Origin: Macrostomum hystrix
Lineage: Eukaryota; Animalia; Platyhelminthes
NCBI GenBank assembly: GCA_950097015.1
Contig: CATNEN010000024.1
Coordinates: forward strand, 7,062,576 to 7,126,575
Direction: 5' to 3'
DNA: 64,000 bases
The translations under genes were made by a program, and so were the position numbers. Below are positions 35,701 through 48,466 of this stretch, in pieces. The stretch's first letter is position 1. Each line of letters starts with the position of its first letter. The notes under the pieces were generated by a model that saw only the letters and a program-made list of their open reading frames with translations, did no database searches and had not been told where the DNA came from.

Positions 35701-38481
35701 CACTTTAAGATGTGCGCCGCCTTGCACCACAGAAATGCACGTTTTCGGACCTTGAAGGTTGCCATTTCCAACAGGAAGTATTACCCCCAGGAGAGTATTA
35801 CCCGAAAGGGATTTCTAGCGAATCAACAGCCGGCGTTACGCGGGTGTCTGGGGTGTCCCCCGGATTGGTTTGGCGGGGGTCCTGACGGTGTCCCGGCGGA
35901 TTGGTAGCCATAGGGTCCGGCGGGTGGAGTAGTGGGTTCGAAGCCCCGAGGAGAGGATCACTCGAATAGGGTTTTTATCGTGACGAAACATTATTTGAAC
36001 AAATATATTCAAGAGAGAGCCTTAGGCTCTACATATTGTACGATTATCTCAGCTTGGCTGTATTATCAGTTTTATTCGTTGTGTCCAATCGGCGCTCGCT
36101 GATTGGGTGTAAGCACCCACCCCAGGCCCCACCCCACCGCCTTGAGCTGCGTTGTGTTTTTCAGCCGGTGCCCGTGTACTGCCCAGCCTTGTCGCTTCGC
36201 GCTGCGTAATTTGAAAACTTTTCTTTTTCGTTGCTTCCTTTTTCTTGCTTTAGCCTTTTTGTGTGCATTTTGAATTCTTTCTTCGAAACGTTTTATGTGC
36301 AAATATATTGTATGTGGGCCATAGACGGTGCCCTCCCCTCGTTCGCTTTCTGCTGTGTCGCAACTGTTGTCTGCCTTCGTGCCTGGGAGTGTGGCGTTTA
36401 CATTCCACAAATGAAGACTTAACATTCAACTGGCTTTTCTCCCTTCGAACCCCCTCCGAAGGTCTAACAACGGATTTCGGATTTTGCGACGGATTTCCAA
36501 TATTTTAGTTAGGCATAAGAAAACTGGTATTCAGGGATGCAAGTGTCATGCTGTAATTTGTATTCTTGAATGAACGATGGAAAAATTATTAGATACTATA
36601 TGCTGCGAAAACTGTTTTCAGAGGCCAAAAACAATCGAAAAACTGGTCAGCTCGACTATGCGTCTGCCCCCTTTGCTTATCTGCACAATGGCGCCTTTCA
36701 TTCTGAGCGTGGACGACATCCTACTAACAGTAGTAGCGCTCGCATATATAGAACTTATTTCCAATCGAACCACGTCATGGTGATTTGTGCAGTACAGCCA
36801 AAAGAGGGACAAGGAAGTCCTCGTTCCAAACCAGCACTCACTGGCAATAGTGGTGCACAGCCTGATTGACTGTTTACACGCTTGATTGCTTTGATTGTAT
36901 TGGGAAATTTAAGATCCAAACATTTTGTTTTGTTAGCGCTCATTTGCTGAAATACCTCTATAATTCAGTTTTGCTGTAGCAAAACGTCGTTCTTCAACCC
37001 TCGATTGTAAAATAGTTATCTCTGAATCTCAGAAAATAAGACTCGAAATTTGAAAGGAAGAAAGCAGGATATTTATCTGATCTTTAGCTCCATTGAAAGT
37101 GACTACATTTTTAAAGTAAATTTATTCAAAAATATCTTGTCTATCAGCATGACTTGTTTACACATTGGATATTTACCATTGATATGAAACATGCTTTTAG
37201 ATAGTGAACAGCGATCATATAAACAAGGACCAAGCAGATTTCGTCAAGCTACATTCTTATGAGACAGCGACAATAAACGCATCTGCAGGTATTTTCCTTG
37301 AACCAAGAAATTCCTGGGAATTCAATATACCATTTTACATTTTCTTTTTAAATTCGAGCGCAAATTGGAAGACACTTGCCAATTATATTCAACCAACGCT
37401 TCTACTTTTGTCTATGGTAAAAGCAACGTTTAGGCCCCGACAGAGCCATAGAATTTAAGACGTTGAACAATGAACAAAAGCATGGGGCCAAAGACTGTCA
37501 CTTTTTGTATTAAATGCCTCAGAGTTTAAAATCTGATTGCAATTGCTTGAGTCATTACTTCTCCACGTTCATGGCTTAGACCGTTGACAATAGTCGAAGG
37601 ATTAATTGAATATTGTTGGCCGTGTCCAAAATGTAAGGCTTCGTGTCCTGAATAGCAGTTTCTTATAAAATTAGTAATTGCAACGAATAACAACGTATAA
37701 GCATTGATAGTTCGATCCAAACACAATTTTTTTTCAGTATTGATGCATATCGACCTTGAATATTTATCGGAAGACAACCTCATCGAAAGAATACGTAAAA
37801 CAGAGCTTCTGATCACGACCGCGGAGGTTGTGTTACTATATATCGCGAAACTTTACCAGAGTATCAGAAAGTATTTGAAAACACGACATAAAAATATAAT
37901 GCTTGAGCAATAAAGTTGAGTCTAAAAAAATTAAGAGCAAGGAAAATCGGCTACCAATAGTAGGTGATGTTTTTTCAGCATAAAAAAGCTGATTCACACG
38001 CAACCGCAATATAAAGTGATATCTCCGAGATTAATATTTTGGTTTTCTAAAGTATCGTAGAAATCATGAACCCAGCATTAGGAACTTAGGACACATGCAG
38101 CTGAATAAAAACATTGAACGTCATCTACTTTAAATTGCCATTCATTGGAAGCCATACGGAACGGTGAAACTTTTTATGTCACACACTTTTGTTGACATGC
38201 GAATCACTACTCAGTGCAATGTACGTCCACAGTCGGAAGGTTTCTGTAAGCAAAATTGCAGTACTAAAAACGTGAATCTTTTCTTATACTGCTTCGACTT
38301 CGAAAGAAACTAAACTTTTCGATGAAAAGCACCAGCACCACAAGCAAAGATATTGATTGTTAAGGATACTAAGGCCTTAAAAAGTCCCCCAGTCAGACCA
38401 ATTTAGCAAAAATTGAGATGTACTAAAGTCTCATCGAACTAGAAGCTTATCAAAGTTATCAGAGTTATCAAAGGCTGTGGG

Positions 38482-41037
38482 CTACATTGCAATGTCCCGT
38501 TCACCGACCGGCTCAGCGTATGAGGCCCGCTCCGACTGGCGAACGTACTCCTTGAACTCCTCCTCCATGGCTTCGGCATTCGGATTGTGCCCCTGCTCGA
38601 GCTCCTTCTCCTCCAGGTGGTACGTCTTTGCCGGAGGTCTGTTCGCGAAATATACCACAAGAACCAGTAGCAAAATTATTACTAAAACACAAACGACAAT
38701 CACAACTATCATCATTTTCATGCTGGCGTCGGACAAAGGTGATTCGGGGCTTTTGAAGTCTAGGTTGACAGAAAGGAAGCTCAGACTGCCAGATGTGTCA
38801 AAGTCGGTCGAATAAAAGCACATTGGGTCAGCACGACAGTCCTTTGAACCCAGAGCGACGACCGGAGCTCCATATCGACTCTTCAACATGTTGACGTTGC
38901 CCATGTCAGCTGCATTCTTGTAACGGAAGTTGAACACGGGCGTCAGGCTGCTTCGCTTCTGCAGCTCAGTGCGCACATCTTCTCGAGTGATGGGAAGTAT
39001 TTGGTACGTGATGCTCGTGCCGTTCGACCTGATCACAGAAACAGTTTCGTTCATCAGAATCCTGACGTCAGTGAGCAGGAAGTTGTCAATACGAAGAAAC
39101 AGGTCCACATCGACCCCGATGTAAGATAGGTGTGCAGAGAACTCCGGGCTCAAAGCAAACTGGAATGACGCGCCGTTACCAAGGTTGCACTTTTGAGTCA
39201 CACAGTCATTGCTCGGATTCAGCACAAAGCTGTCCTTCGTTGGACGAGGGACGAACACGACGTCACCACCAGTCTGGGCAGCATAGCTAGACATGCCCAG
39301 CTCCTTGGCATCAGCACTGGGCACACTGGCGTTGCACAAGAATCTGTGAGTAAAGTTCGTGCCGAACGAAGCCTGTTGCGGAGGAACGCTTTCGATTGAA
39401 ACATTCATCAGCTGAAATCCTGATCCCGCTGCTGGATAGCTGATGCCGACGGCTGAGCTTCCACTACGGCTAACACGCAAGTTGAAGGCCGCTAGATTCT
39501 GCTCGGCCCAATTCACGACACCGCCGGAGACGGATGGTAAATAGAATTTCGGATCCAACGACACTGAAGATCTCAGTCCGGAGAAACTCACGCCACAACT
39601 GTAGGACAAGCTCTCACCTTGCATGGCAAATACCTTCGGAGGCAATGTGCCACTATGGCCTCCGATAGTGGTCGCGAATGTCGGCATGGACACGACAGAT
39701 ACGTAGAATGTAAAGCTGACACTTGCAGCCATTTCAGCTGTGCACCTGTACTCACCAGCCTGAATTGACGAGACATCTTTTGAAAACTCGATGATGTTTG
39801 ATGTTTTTGAGATCCGGACACCTTGTGTTCCGAAATCACTCCAGTCGAATGATCTAGATGGTATGAGTAGCTGACCGTTGCGATAAAAAGTAAACACTGT
39901 TGTCGGGTCATCGCAAATGATTGGGCATACCAACTGGGAACTGTCCATTCCAGAGTAGATGGTAACATTTTCTTGAGTTCCACGCACCAACGTGCATGTT
40001 GAGCTCAGACGTTTATCGGGACACGTTGTGTAGGAAAAGTCTGTGCTCGGAATTATACTTCGAACCTCGCTGATCTTTGAGTAGGGCACCACTTCGCCAG
40101 AAAAGGACACGGATAAACATATTGCAATTCGAGAAGGGTTGTTCCACTGACTGTAGGATTGAGCAACCGACTTGTACAACTGGCACCTTGCATACCAAAG
40201 AATGCCAGTGGTTCTATCAAGAAACATTGTCTTCATTCTCTCCATTCCAAAACCCGGAATTTTAGAATCATATGTCGTAAAAAGGAAGCTTCTGTCGTTC
40301 TGGACACTAGAGCAGCCACTCGGGTCAAAGAACAAAATGGCTCCCATATTGAGCTTGTGTCTGAAGAAACTTGGCGCTGATTGCAGAGCACTCACGAGTC
40401 GGTTGTCCAGAAATGTAAAATTGTGAAAGTCACCTGTTCCGAGATTCATCCGAGTCATCAGCTGGATAGACGGCTCAGTGAGAAAATGACGCTGATATCC
40501 TGCTGGTGTTGACGAATCTTGGTGAAAATCGCTGATTGGATCCAAGTTCCAAATAGACAGAGTGTTTGACATGAGAACTCCGCCACCGGCATACTCTACC
40601 CTGGCTGTAATAATCACCTTGGATGAAAACACTTCAGAGAATGGCACTGAAGAAGTCCCCATTCTAAGCTCGAATTCGTCAGTGCTGTTTACGTACCGTA
40701 GTTTCAATGAAAATTTAATATTTTTTAACGTGTAGTCTGTTGTAGAATTGTTCAGTGAGTCTAGCTTAACTGGTTCGTAAGAATGGCTTTGACAATTTAG
40801 GAGCAGAGTGCGTTTGAGTTCGGATCGATTGGCCACACCATCGACTTGCACTTTAAGGAAGATTTTTTCATCTTTTTCATATTTTTTCAGTAGACCAGTC
40901 GAAGTTTGTGTCCCCGCTTCCCAGACATCACCCCAGTTCAGAAGCAGCTTCGATGTCTGAGAATAAACGAACCGAGGCATTTTTCCGGCTGATGCCGTAC
41001 AAGACAGTATCAAAATTAGTACAAAAGCCAGCTCCAT
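38482..41037 (-). CDS. Paralogue C: single-exon type I membrane Ig protein, 851 aa, short L1-like tail
   Basis: Intact ORF colinear with A and B: SGMDSSQLVCPIIC, QAGEYRC, QGESLSYSC, CFYSTDFD, TM MMIVVIVVCVLVIILLLVLVVYF, tail KTYHLEEKELEQGHNPNAEAMEEEFKEY. Confidence 0.9.
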   Translation of the reverse strand: MELAFVLILILSCTASAGKMPRFVYSQTSKLLLNWGDVWEAGTQTSTGLLKKYEKDEKIFLKVQVDGVANRSELKRTLLLNCQSHSYEPVKLDSLNNSTTDYTLKNIKFSLKLRYVNSTDEFELRMGTSSVPFSEVFSSKVIITARVEYAGGGVLMSNTLSIWNLDPISDFHQDSSTPAGYQRHFLTEPSIQLMTRMNLGTGDFHNFTFLDNRLVSALQSAPSFFRHKLNMGAILFFDPSGCSSVQNDRSFLFTTYDSKIPGFGMERMKTMFLDRTTGILWYARCQLYKSVAQSYSQWNNPSRIAICLSVSFSGEVVPYSKISEVRSIIPSTDFSYTTCPDKRLSSTCTLVRGTQENVTIYSGMDSSQLVCPIICDDPTTVFTFYRNGQLLIPSRSFDWSDFGTQGVRISKTSNIIEFSKDVSSIQAGEYRCTAEMAASVSFTFYVSVVSMPTFATTIGGHSGTLPPKVFAMQGESLSYSCGVSFSGLRSSVSLDPKFYLPSVSGGVVNWAEQNLAAFNLRVSRSGSSAVGISYPAAGSGFQLMNVSIESVPPQQASFGTNFTHRFLCNASVPSADAKELGMSSYAAQTGGDVVFVPRPTKDSFVLNPSNDCVTQKCNLGNGASFQFALSPEFSAHLSYIGVDVDLFLRIDNFLLTDVRILMNETVSVIRSNGTSITYQILPITREDVRTELQKRSSLTPVFNFRYKNAADMGNVNMLKSRYGAPVVALGSKDCRADPMCFYSTDFDTSGSLSFLSVNLDFKSPESPLSDASMKMMIVVIVVCVLVIILLLVLVVYFANRPPAKTYHLEEKELEQGHNPNAEAMEEEFKEYVRQSERASYAEPVGERDIAM

Positions 41038-42329
41038 TTACTCACATGCGATCTGGAAAAGTATTGTTTGTTATGCTTTACAAAGGTGTTTATAAGTTTA
41101 CAACAACCTATTAGTAAAGATATAATGCTATTGAGCCTTGCTATTAGCAAGTGGGTTGGGGTCCCAGCTTCAGAAGAGGCACACAAAGAAATGTGTGAAT
41201 GTAATGACAAAATATATATTGTGGATTGTGGATCAGTTTCAAACTAAAGAAATAATCTTTTTGATCAGGATCAGTGCAAAATAAAAAACTTACGAAAATC
41301 CTCGATTTTTAAGTCGGTTCAGCAGAGTCCGAGTAATCAATTGTAGTGCACCTCGAAAAAAACTAATCAATGCTTTATTATTTTTATATACGAGTTGTTC
41401 ACGCGTTATCTATTAGTATCTGAATGTGTAGATAAATGTTAACACTGTTGGAAATGAAATTGTAATCTAATTTGAAGTGTTCTTAATTTAACACTGAGCA
41501 TCACAATTAAAAACTTTCTTGTTTTACTGAAGTCCCATTATGAAAACAAATCCGGAGAAAATGCTCGGTTATTCTATTCAAATTTCGACTTTTAACTGAG
41601 TCTAATTTGAAATGGGGCCGATTTTTGTCACGCAATTTAGTTTTTATTGTTACTTTCAGTGGAAAAAATACATTTCACCAAAATAATTTTGTACCTAATG
41701 GTCGACTATCAACAGCACACTATTTTCGTTGTGAGAAGGTAATTTAGAGCGCTCGCTTCTCCTTACCGACACACCTTCCCCTTTGACTGGCGCAACTTTG
41801 AGACCTTCTCGATTCCGAAGCCAGTCTAGACAACCAAAAATGCATCACTTTGGAATTAGTGATAGGCTAAGGTGCTCAATTGTATCTGGAGGAGTCATCT
41901 GCAAGTCGATGCTGCTCGGTGTGCAGAGCAGTTTCAGCCCTGGTGGTGACATTTCAAAAATGCCAAATTCGAGCAGATTGACACCGCCTGCAGTATAACT
42001 GAGTCCTGCCTGACGAGTCACAAGTTCATGAAAATTGCGATTTTCGCAAAGCAGTTTGATGTGGCATTCGTTCTGCGATCAGCTAGCTCCTCTTCTACAT
42101 GGCACTTACACTCGTAAGAAAGCGCTGTACTTATAGTAATAAACGTTAAGGCCAAGTTCGCGAATATGCCTTGCTGCGTCAGAAAAAAGCATGTCGATGT
42201 AGCGGGTCGACCGTCCCTTTCCGCGCTTTTGCGGTCCCTGTGGAGTCCACAGCAGCAGTCCTGCAGTGGCTCAGGGCAGTGCAGTGGGCTTCAGCTCTGA
42301 TGACGTTCCAAGCCAGCCCTAGGCGCCGC

Positions 42330-42580
42330 TGCCTCAACAGGTCGGAAGGCCGCGTCAGTCGCGCTCACTTGTACAATGAGTTGGTACAATGAGTTTGGTT
42401 GAGTTTGGCGCCCGCCGCAGCCCATGGCCGCATGCGCCACGTTGAGTTGCCCACCAAGCTCACCTCGGTCTGCGTCCATATTTTCGTATTGTGAAATAGC
42501 ATGGTCTCAAAGACCGCCTGGAAAAGCTGCGATCTGCCGCTCTCTGTCAGTGCATCTGAGAATAGCACCGTCCGAACTGA
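42330..42580 (-). mobile_element. Diverged RTE-type LINE fragment, inverted
   Basis: Minus-strand SDALTESGRSQLFQAVFETMLFHNTKIWTQT resembles SEALSNRARSQLFQAVVETALLYNAE at 44150-44225. Confidence 0.65.
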
Positions 42581-42909
42581 TCGAAAGGGGACACAGGCCT
42601 TGGCGCGCACCGTTTTGCCAAAACCGTTTCGCCTTTTTCGCCCATGTCCAGTACTAGTATGCCGAGGTAAATAAACAGGCGGCACCGATCGTTAGCGGGG
42701 TCAGGTAGCCACTGTCGTCTTGAAGCAGAATCTTGGCAGGCCAATCCAGCGTCACAGCACGCGCTAGCATTTTGTATTTTATAGTGCAAGACGACTCGAA
42801 GGAGAAGGGTTACAGAAACACACTTGCAAAGAATACTACAGAGATGACACTGAGAAGATACCAAATGTTCCGAGACCAAAAGTATAGACAAAGTAGATAC
42901 CAAAATTGG

Positions 42910-43260
42910 GCTAGCTTGTCCAGTGTTGGTCTAGCTGGTCCAGTGTTGGTCTAGCTGGTCCAGTGTTCGCCTAGCTGGTCCAGTGTTGGTCTAGGTGGTC
43001 CAGTGCTGGTCTAGGTGGTCCAGTGCTGGTCTAGGTGGTCCAGTGTTGTTCTAGGTGGTCCAGTGCTGGTCTAGGTGGTCCAGTGCTGGTCTAGGTGGTC
43101 CAGTGTTGGTCTAGGTGGTCCAGTGCTGGTCTAGCTGGTCCAGTGTTGGTCTAGGTGGTCCAGTGTTGGTCTAGCTGGTCCAGTGTTGGTCTAGGTGGTC
43201 CAGTGTTCGCCTAGCTGGTCCAGTGTTGGTCTAGCTGGTCCAGTGTTGGTCTAGCTGGTA
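42910..43260. repeat. 20-bp minisatellite (~17 units)
   Basis: ccagtgttggtctag(c/g)tggt units. Confidence 0.95.
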
Positions 43261-43685
43261 AATGATGGTGTTCGCTCCTCTGGCATCTGCCACCCAGCCT
43301 CTGTACATCGGGGCATTTTCGAGTTGCCACAGGCAGGTCATCGGTGGTTGCAGAAAGCTGATGACCCCATCAGCAGGGTTGAGCAAAGAAGCGCGATTCT
43401 TGTGACCAGAGGGAGGGAGATAATAGCTGATAGATAATAGACAACTCACCCACACCCAATCTAAAGCGAAGCGAGTTCAGATTTCATAACAGTAAACATC
43501 AAACAAGACTGTGGGGGTAACACATCCAATCACAAAGGGATGTGTATTTTTTTTATTAAAAACCCTGTTATTGATCGTTTTTTAGAGTAAACAAATATTT
43601 AGCAAAAATTGATGAAATTCTCTACATCAAAGCACAAGTAGAACCCATAGTAACTTTAATTTTCCTATTTTTTTTGTTTTTACAA

Positions 43686-43993
43686 CGGATTGTAGCCTAG
43701 TGGTTAGAGCGTCGGACTCACAACTTGAAGGCCGTGGGTTCGATTCCCGACTCCACTGGAACAAATTGTGTCCATTAGCAAGACACGATACTCTACATTG
43801 CTTCAGTTCACCTAGCTGTCAAGTGGTTACAAGCATTTGCTGGGGTAATTGAGGGTGAGAATGGCGTCCCCCCCCGTCCACGGACTGAACAGCCGTACGC
43901 AGCATTCAGATGCGCCGAGCGATAGCTGCGGCTGTGCTGTCGGCTGCACATCTGGCCCAAGTAGGGCAGGTGTAATCAATTATTATTATTATT
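43686..43993 (+). mobile_element. tRNA-derived CORE-type SINE, copy 1
   Basis: A-box-like TAGCCTAGTGG, B box GGTTCGATTCC, CORE-like block and (TAT)n tail; colinear with 44672-44990. Confidence 0.85.
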
Positions 43994-44091
43994 TCGTTTT
44001 TAGTAAAAACGTAAACAAAATTTTTCTTTGTCGCTGAGAATTAAATATACGAGTTAACATTTGTGAGTTGTAGTATATTTAAGCTCGCGTG

Positions 44092-44670
44092 GGCGACGAC
44101 CTGGCGAGACGGCGCGGCAAGGCCGTTCTGTGCGGGCGGTGCTGCTCTCCGAGGCTCTGTCGAACCGTGCCAGGTCCCAGCTGTTCCAGGCGGTTGTCGA
44201 GACCGCCCTGTTGTACAATGCTGAGGACCTGGACGCTGACCGGGGCGCTCGAGGCGCAGCTCGACGCGGCGAATGCGGCCCTAGTTCGTGCCGCTTTTGG
44301 CGCCCGCCGTGACCCTGGCAGCGAGACAACTGAGTCCCTTTACCAGCGTGCGTGCCTGACGCGGCCTTCTGTCCTGCTGAGTCAGCGGCTCCTGCGGCTG
44401 GCCGGGCATGTCATCCGGGCCGAAGCCTAACTGCCCAGAGCCGCTGCAGGATGTCCTGCTGTGGAACTCGCAGGGACCGCGCAGGCGCGGCCAGGGACGA
44501 TCAGCCCGCTATGTCGACCGTCTTTTTGAAGACGCGCGAGCACCCAGCCAGGCGGCCGGTGTGAAGCATGTTAGAGACCTGGCTCTGATACGCGCGATTT
44601 GACGCTCCCCCTCTTGGCCACTTCTGTGGTCGGCGTGGGGCGTAAATATTACTATTATTATTATTATTAA
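44092..44670 (+). mobile_element. 5'-truncated RTE-type LINE
   Basis: ORF2 C-terminus (...RLAGHVIRAEA...RAI*) and (TAT)n tail; 13-bp direct repeat ttaagctcgcgtg at 44079-44091 and 44991-45003 brackets this LINE plus the following SINE. Confidence 0.88.
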
Positions 44671-44671
44671 T

Positions 44672-44990
44672 GAGGTTGTCGCCTAGTGGTAAGGGCGTCG
44701 GACTCACGACTTGAAGGTCGGGGGTTCGATTCCCGACTCCACTGAAACAATTTGTGTCCTTTAGCAAGACACTTAACTCTGCATTGCTTCAGTTCACCCA
44801 GCTGTTAAATGAGTACCAGCATCAGCTGGGATAATTGAAGGTGGGTGTGGCGTCCCCCCAGTCCATGGACTGAACAGCTGTACGCAGCCTTCAGATGCGC
44901 CGCGCAATAGCTGCGGCTGTGCTGTCGGCTGCACATCTGGCCCGATTGGGGCGGGTGTAATCAATTATTATTATTATATTATTATTATTA
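44672..44990 (+). mobile_element. tRNA-derived CORE-type SINE, copy 2, lying in the RTE tail
   Basis: CGCCTAGTGG, GGTTCGATTCC, CORE-like 44752-44813, (TAT)n tail. Confidence 0.85.
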
Positions 44991-46224
44991 TTAAGCTCGC
45001 GTGTAGATTTCCTTTTGTTTCTTTAACATTATTTACGACTACATACGGTACGGTTTTTGACATGACGGCTTTTTATAACCTGAAATGAGAATCGCATGTG
45101 TTTGGCAGTTAGGCAATCGACGAGGTGGGTTCACAATATTATTAATTTGATTATTTAAAATATATGAACTAATCATCATCCCACTGTTATCTAGACAGTA
45201 TATAGGCCCTGAAGGCGTTAAAGTTAATTTTAGTTACCAAATTTTATGAAATTTAAATTTAAATTTAAATGAAATCGAAATGAAATGAAGTTAATGAAAA
45301 TTAGCTTCTAATTTTTTAGTAAACATTTTCTTTGTGAAAGTTGGTTCTGCATAAGTCCGTAAAAGTTAATCTTGTCCGTTATTGTTACACCCAGTTGTCT
45401 TTAGATTTAATTTAAAATATATACTATACTACAGATACTATACTGTAGGATACTATACTACAGATATCCACTTTATAGATGCGTATCAATAGCAAAAAAC
45501 TGCTTTTCAACTTTCTTGGCTTAGTGTCATCGTAAAATCTTCAGATACGAGTATTTAACATATATGGTATTTTTTGTTATTATATACTATTTAGTACAAT
45601 TACAAATCGATTTCTGAACGTCAATTTGAATATTTCTTTACTGTTAAACATTTGACAAACTGAGTTTAATTGTTTAGTAATTGGAAAAGCATGAAAGAAA
45701 GCAGGGTACTCTTATCAGGTCTTGACTCTTATTAAAATTATTTCTAATTTCTAATTATTTATTACTATGTGATGCTCCCGGTGTGGACCCAGGTGAAATT
45801 AATAACCACAAACACGGCGAATATGTGTGTAGCGGTAGCTCTCAGACAATGACGGTAACAGTAGGCGATGACGATCTCAATGTAGGATTGAATCCCTTCT
45901 TGCACTGCGGCGGGCAACAATTATGAAGTAAGGATAACAGAGGCTGAGATGCCGGTGCCTAAGGCGTGGCGAGATAGGATGGCGGTGCACTTCTGAGACT
46001 AGAAGGCTAGGTGGCGTGGTACAATGGGTTCTGGACACTAAGAAATGCCGGCCGGTAAATAGGGTAAATAGGACTCTCCGACCATTGCAGACGGCGGAAG
46101 GGAGAGCGAGAAGTATCTGTCTGGCTGTCCCCAGCTCGTACAGTAGCGCCGGTCCAGCTCCCCAAAGCTAAAGCGACAAGATCTCTCCTTTCCTTGCTCT
46201 TGTGCAGCGTGCACAAAACAACTA

Positions 46225-47420
46225 GATGCCTGACCAGCAGCTGTCGATCGATGAGACTCTGCTTATGTACAAAGGACGGGTACAGTTAAGCCCAGTACAT
46301 CCCATCCAAGAAGAGCAAGTACGGAATCAAGCTGTATCGCCTATGTGAGGCCAAGTCTGGATTACCTATGGAACTTTGCCGTCCACACGACGCAGGCAGG
46401 AAAATACCAGATTCGTTGCTGGACTACCGCTCATAGACTGCGGAGCACTGTCTTTCAGCGAGCGAGTCGTCGCCGAGCTGTGCCGTGACGTTTTGCACCT
46501 CGGCCAACACATCTTCACCGACAGCTGGTTTACGTCGCATCGACTAGCTCTGTGACTGCTGGCCCGTGACACCATGCTCACCGGCACCGTGCGCTAAGAT
46601 CGTGGATCGGCACCACTGCTGCGAGGCTCTAACCTGCGCTCTACATCATCAGCATTCTCTAGGTGCGGCAGTGTGCTAGCGTGCAAGTTTGTTGACTCCA
46701 AGAGCAGCGCCAAAAGACTGTACCTACTTGACACGGCTGGCACTGCACAATGTCACGATGTTCGCCCTGATGGTCAGCTGCAAGTCAGCATCACCATGTA
46801 GTCGTTACATGGGTGGGTTGGACCACATGGACTCTAGCATGAGTCCCTACATGGTGGAAGTCATTGCGCTGGTTTAACAAGCTGGTCTTCCATATGATTT
46901 GTTATACTAGTCCGCAACGCTTAAATCGTGTACAACTTTCACGGTGGCAGCATGAACTTCCTGCACTTCCTCCGCAAGGCACTGGACATTCCGGTTGCGG
47001 AGACCGGCGTTGCCAAACGCTGAGGTAGCCCTCTGGCTGCAGCAGCGGGGCCAACTGGCTCAGGTAACGGGCCTCCTGCTGCTGGTGGCGGTCCCAGACA
47101 TTCGCCCAGCAAGGCGCACATGGAAGCTAGGACCCCTGATCCGGCCTCGCAAGCGGTGCAGTGTGCAAGAAGCGGACAGTTTTCGTCTGTGCCGCATGTC
47201 CGGGGATGCCAGCCCTGTGCTTAGGCGCGTGCTTCAGGGCCAGGCATTGACGTCTATTCTCTGTTTTTTACTTTGAGAACAGTTTATTATTTTTATGGTG
47301 ACCGTCGGGAACGTCGGTATAAAATCTAACGATGTTGCTCTAGACTTATAATTTGTTTCTGCCATCTCGCCCGGATGGTACCAGAGTGGACAAAAACTGC
47401 CACCCGCCTGGCTTAGGTTA
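46225..47420 (+). mobile_element. Degenerate piggyBac (PGBD4-like) transposase remnant
   Basis: QLSIDETLLMYKGR, QYIPSKKSKYGIKLYRLCEAKSG, HIFTDSWFTS, YMGGLDHMD across frameshifts; candidate right end ...cttagg|ttaa at ~47411-47421. Confidence 0.82.
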
Positions 47421-48466
47421 AGAATGTAATGACGAACCACAAGCTTAATTTCTAGTATGGTAAATGTTTAATTAGAGTTGCCAACAAGAAATATTTTTGA
47501 AAACTTAAATACGGAAAGCTGACAACTTTAATGGTTTCGATTTTTCAGCACACTCGCCTTCGTTTTCTATGAAGAATTAAGAACTGCGATTCTGAAACCC
47601 ATATAAACCGTTATCGTCGCATGAAGTACGAATATTATATTTTACGTATATTGATTTGTTTTCGAAGCACAAAAATAGAAACTGATCATGTAAAGAGTCG
47701 ATTTGAAACTTTACAGACATGTTGAACAACTAAAACATCGAGCAGTAAAACGCATTTTAGTTAAATATTTGCGGTTAGTGAAAATGGTTCAGCAAATCTA
47801 CTATTAATATAATTATTGGAGTTTCATTGCTTAGAAAAACAACACTAAATAGTAAAAAATTGTGCCTTATCAGCTATGCCGGTGAGAAAAAATCAAGGCA
47901 GACAACTAGTAGTTGGTACTAAATTGTGTCAACTGCAATTACAATTGACACTAATATTGCCTCTAGTGTCAATAATCATTAGAGAAAATTAGAAAAAGCT
48001 GTTAATACACACCTTGATAGGCTATGACTGATTAGCTAGGGTACATATAGCTAAATCAACTAAAAAATCATCATGCCAGATCCTCGTACTGTGGCGTGGT
48101 CCAGAAACTTATTGACAGGGAAATATAGATATAAAACAGACAAAGTCCTGCAAAATGACAATAGTCACTTAGCGAGAAACACTTAAGAGAAAACAACAAA
48201 TATTGCACACAAAAACACAAATTAAGTGCCAAATTGTCACAAAAGACAATTGAGATTCCCATACTGCATTAAAAAAGTTGCAAAAATGTTTTTTCAGATT
48301 TTAATAACACGCAGATAAATATATTGTTATTGCCCGCATATAAATTATAAGATTCTAACAACAAGAAGGAAGGCTTCTAACAAATAGTGCAACAGCAAAA
48401 AGGTCTCAAATTCAAAGTCTAGTCCTAAAGGCCAGAAAATTCCTGAAAGCCAACTACTTCACTAAA

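Noticed and set aside
41770-42130. GC-richer exon-like segment upstream of paralogue C
   Set aside because: No recognisable product, an in-frame stop, and no link to a gene model.
43686-43765. tRNA-Val-like sequence (also 44672-44745)
   Set aside because: It continues into a CORE body and TAT tail and lacks a proper acceptor stem; it is a SINE head, not a tRNA gene.
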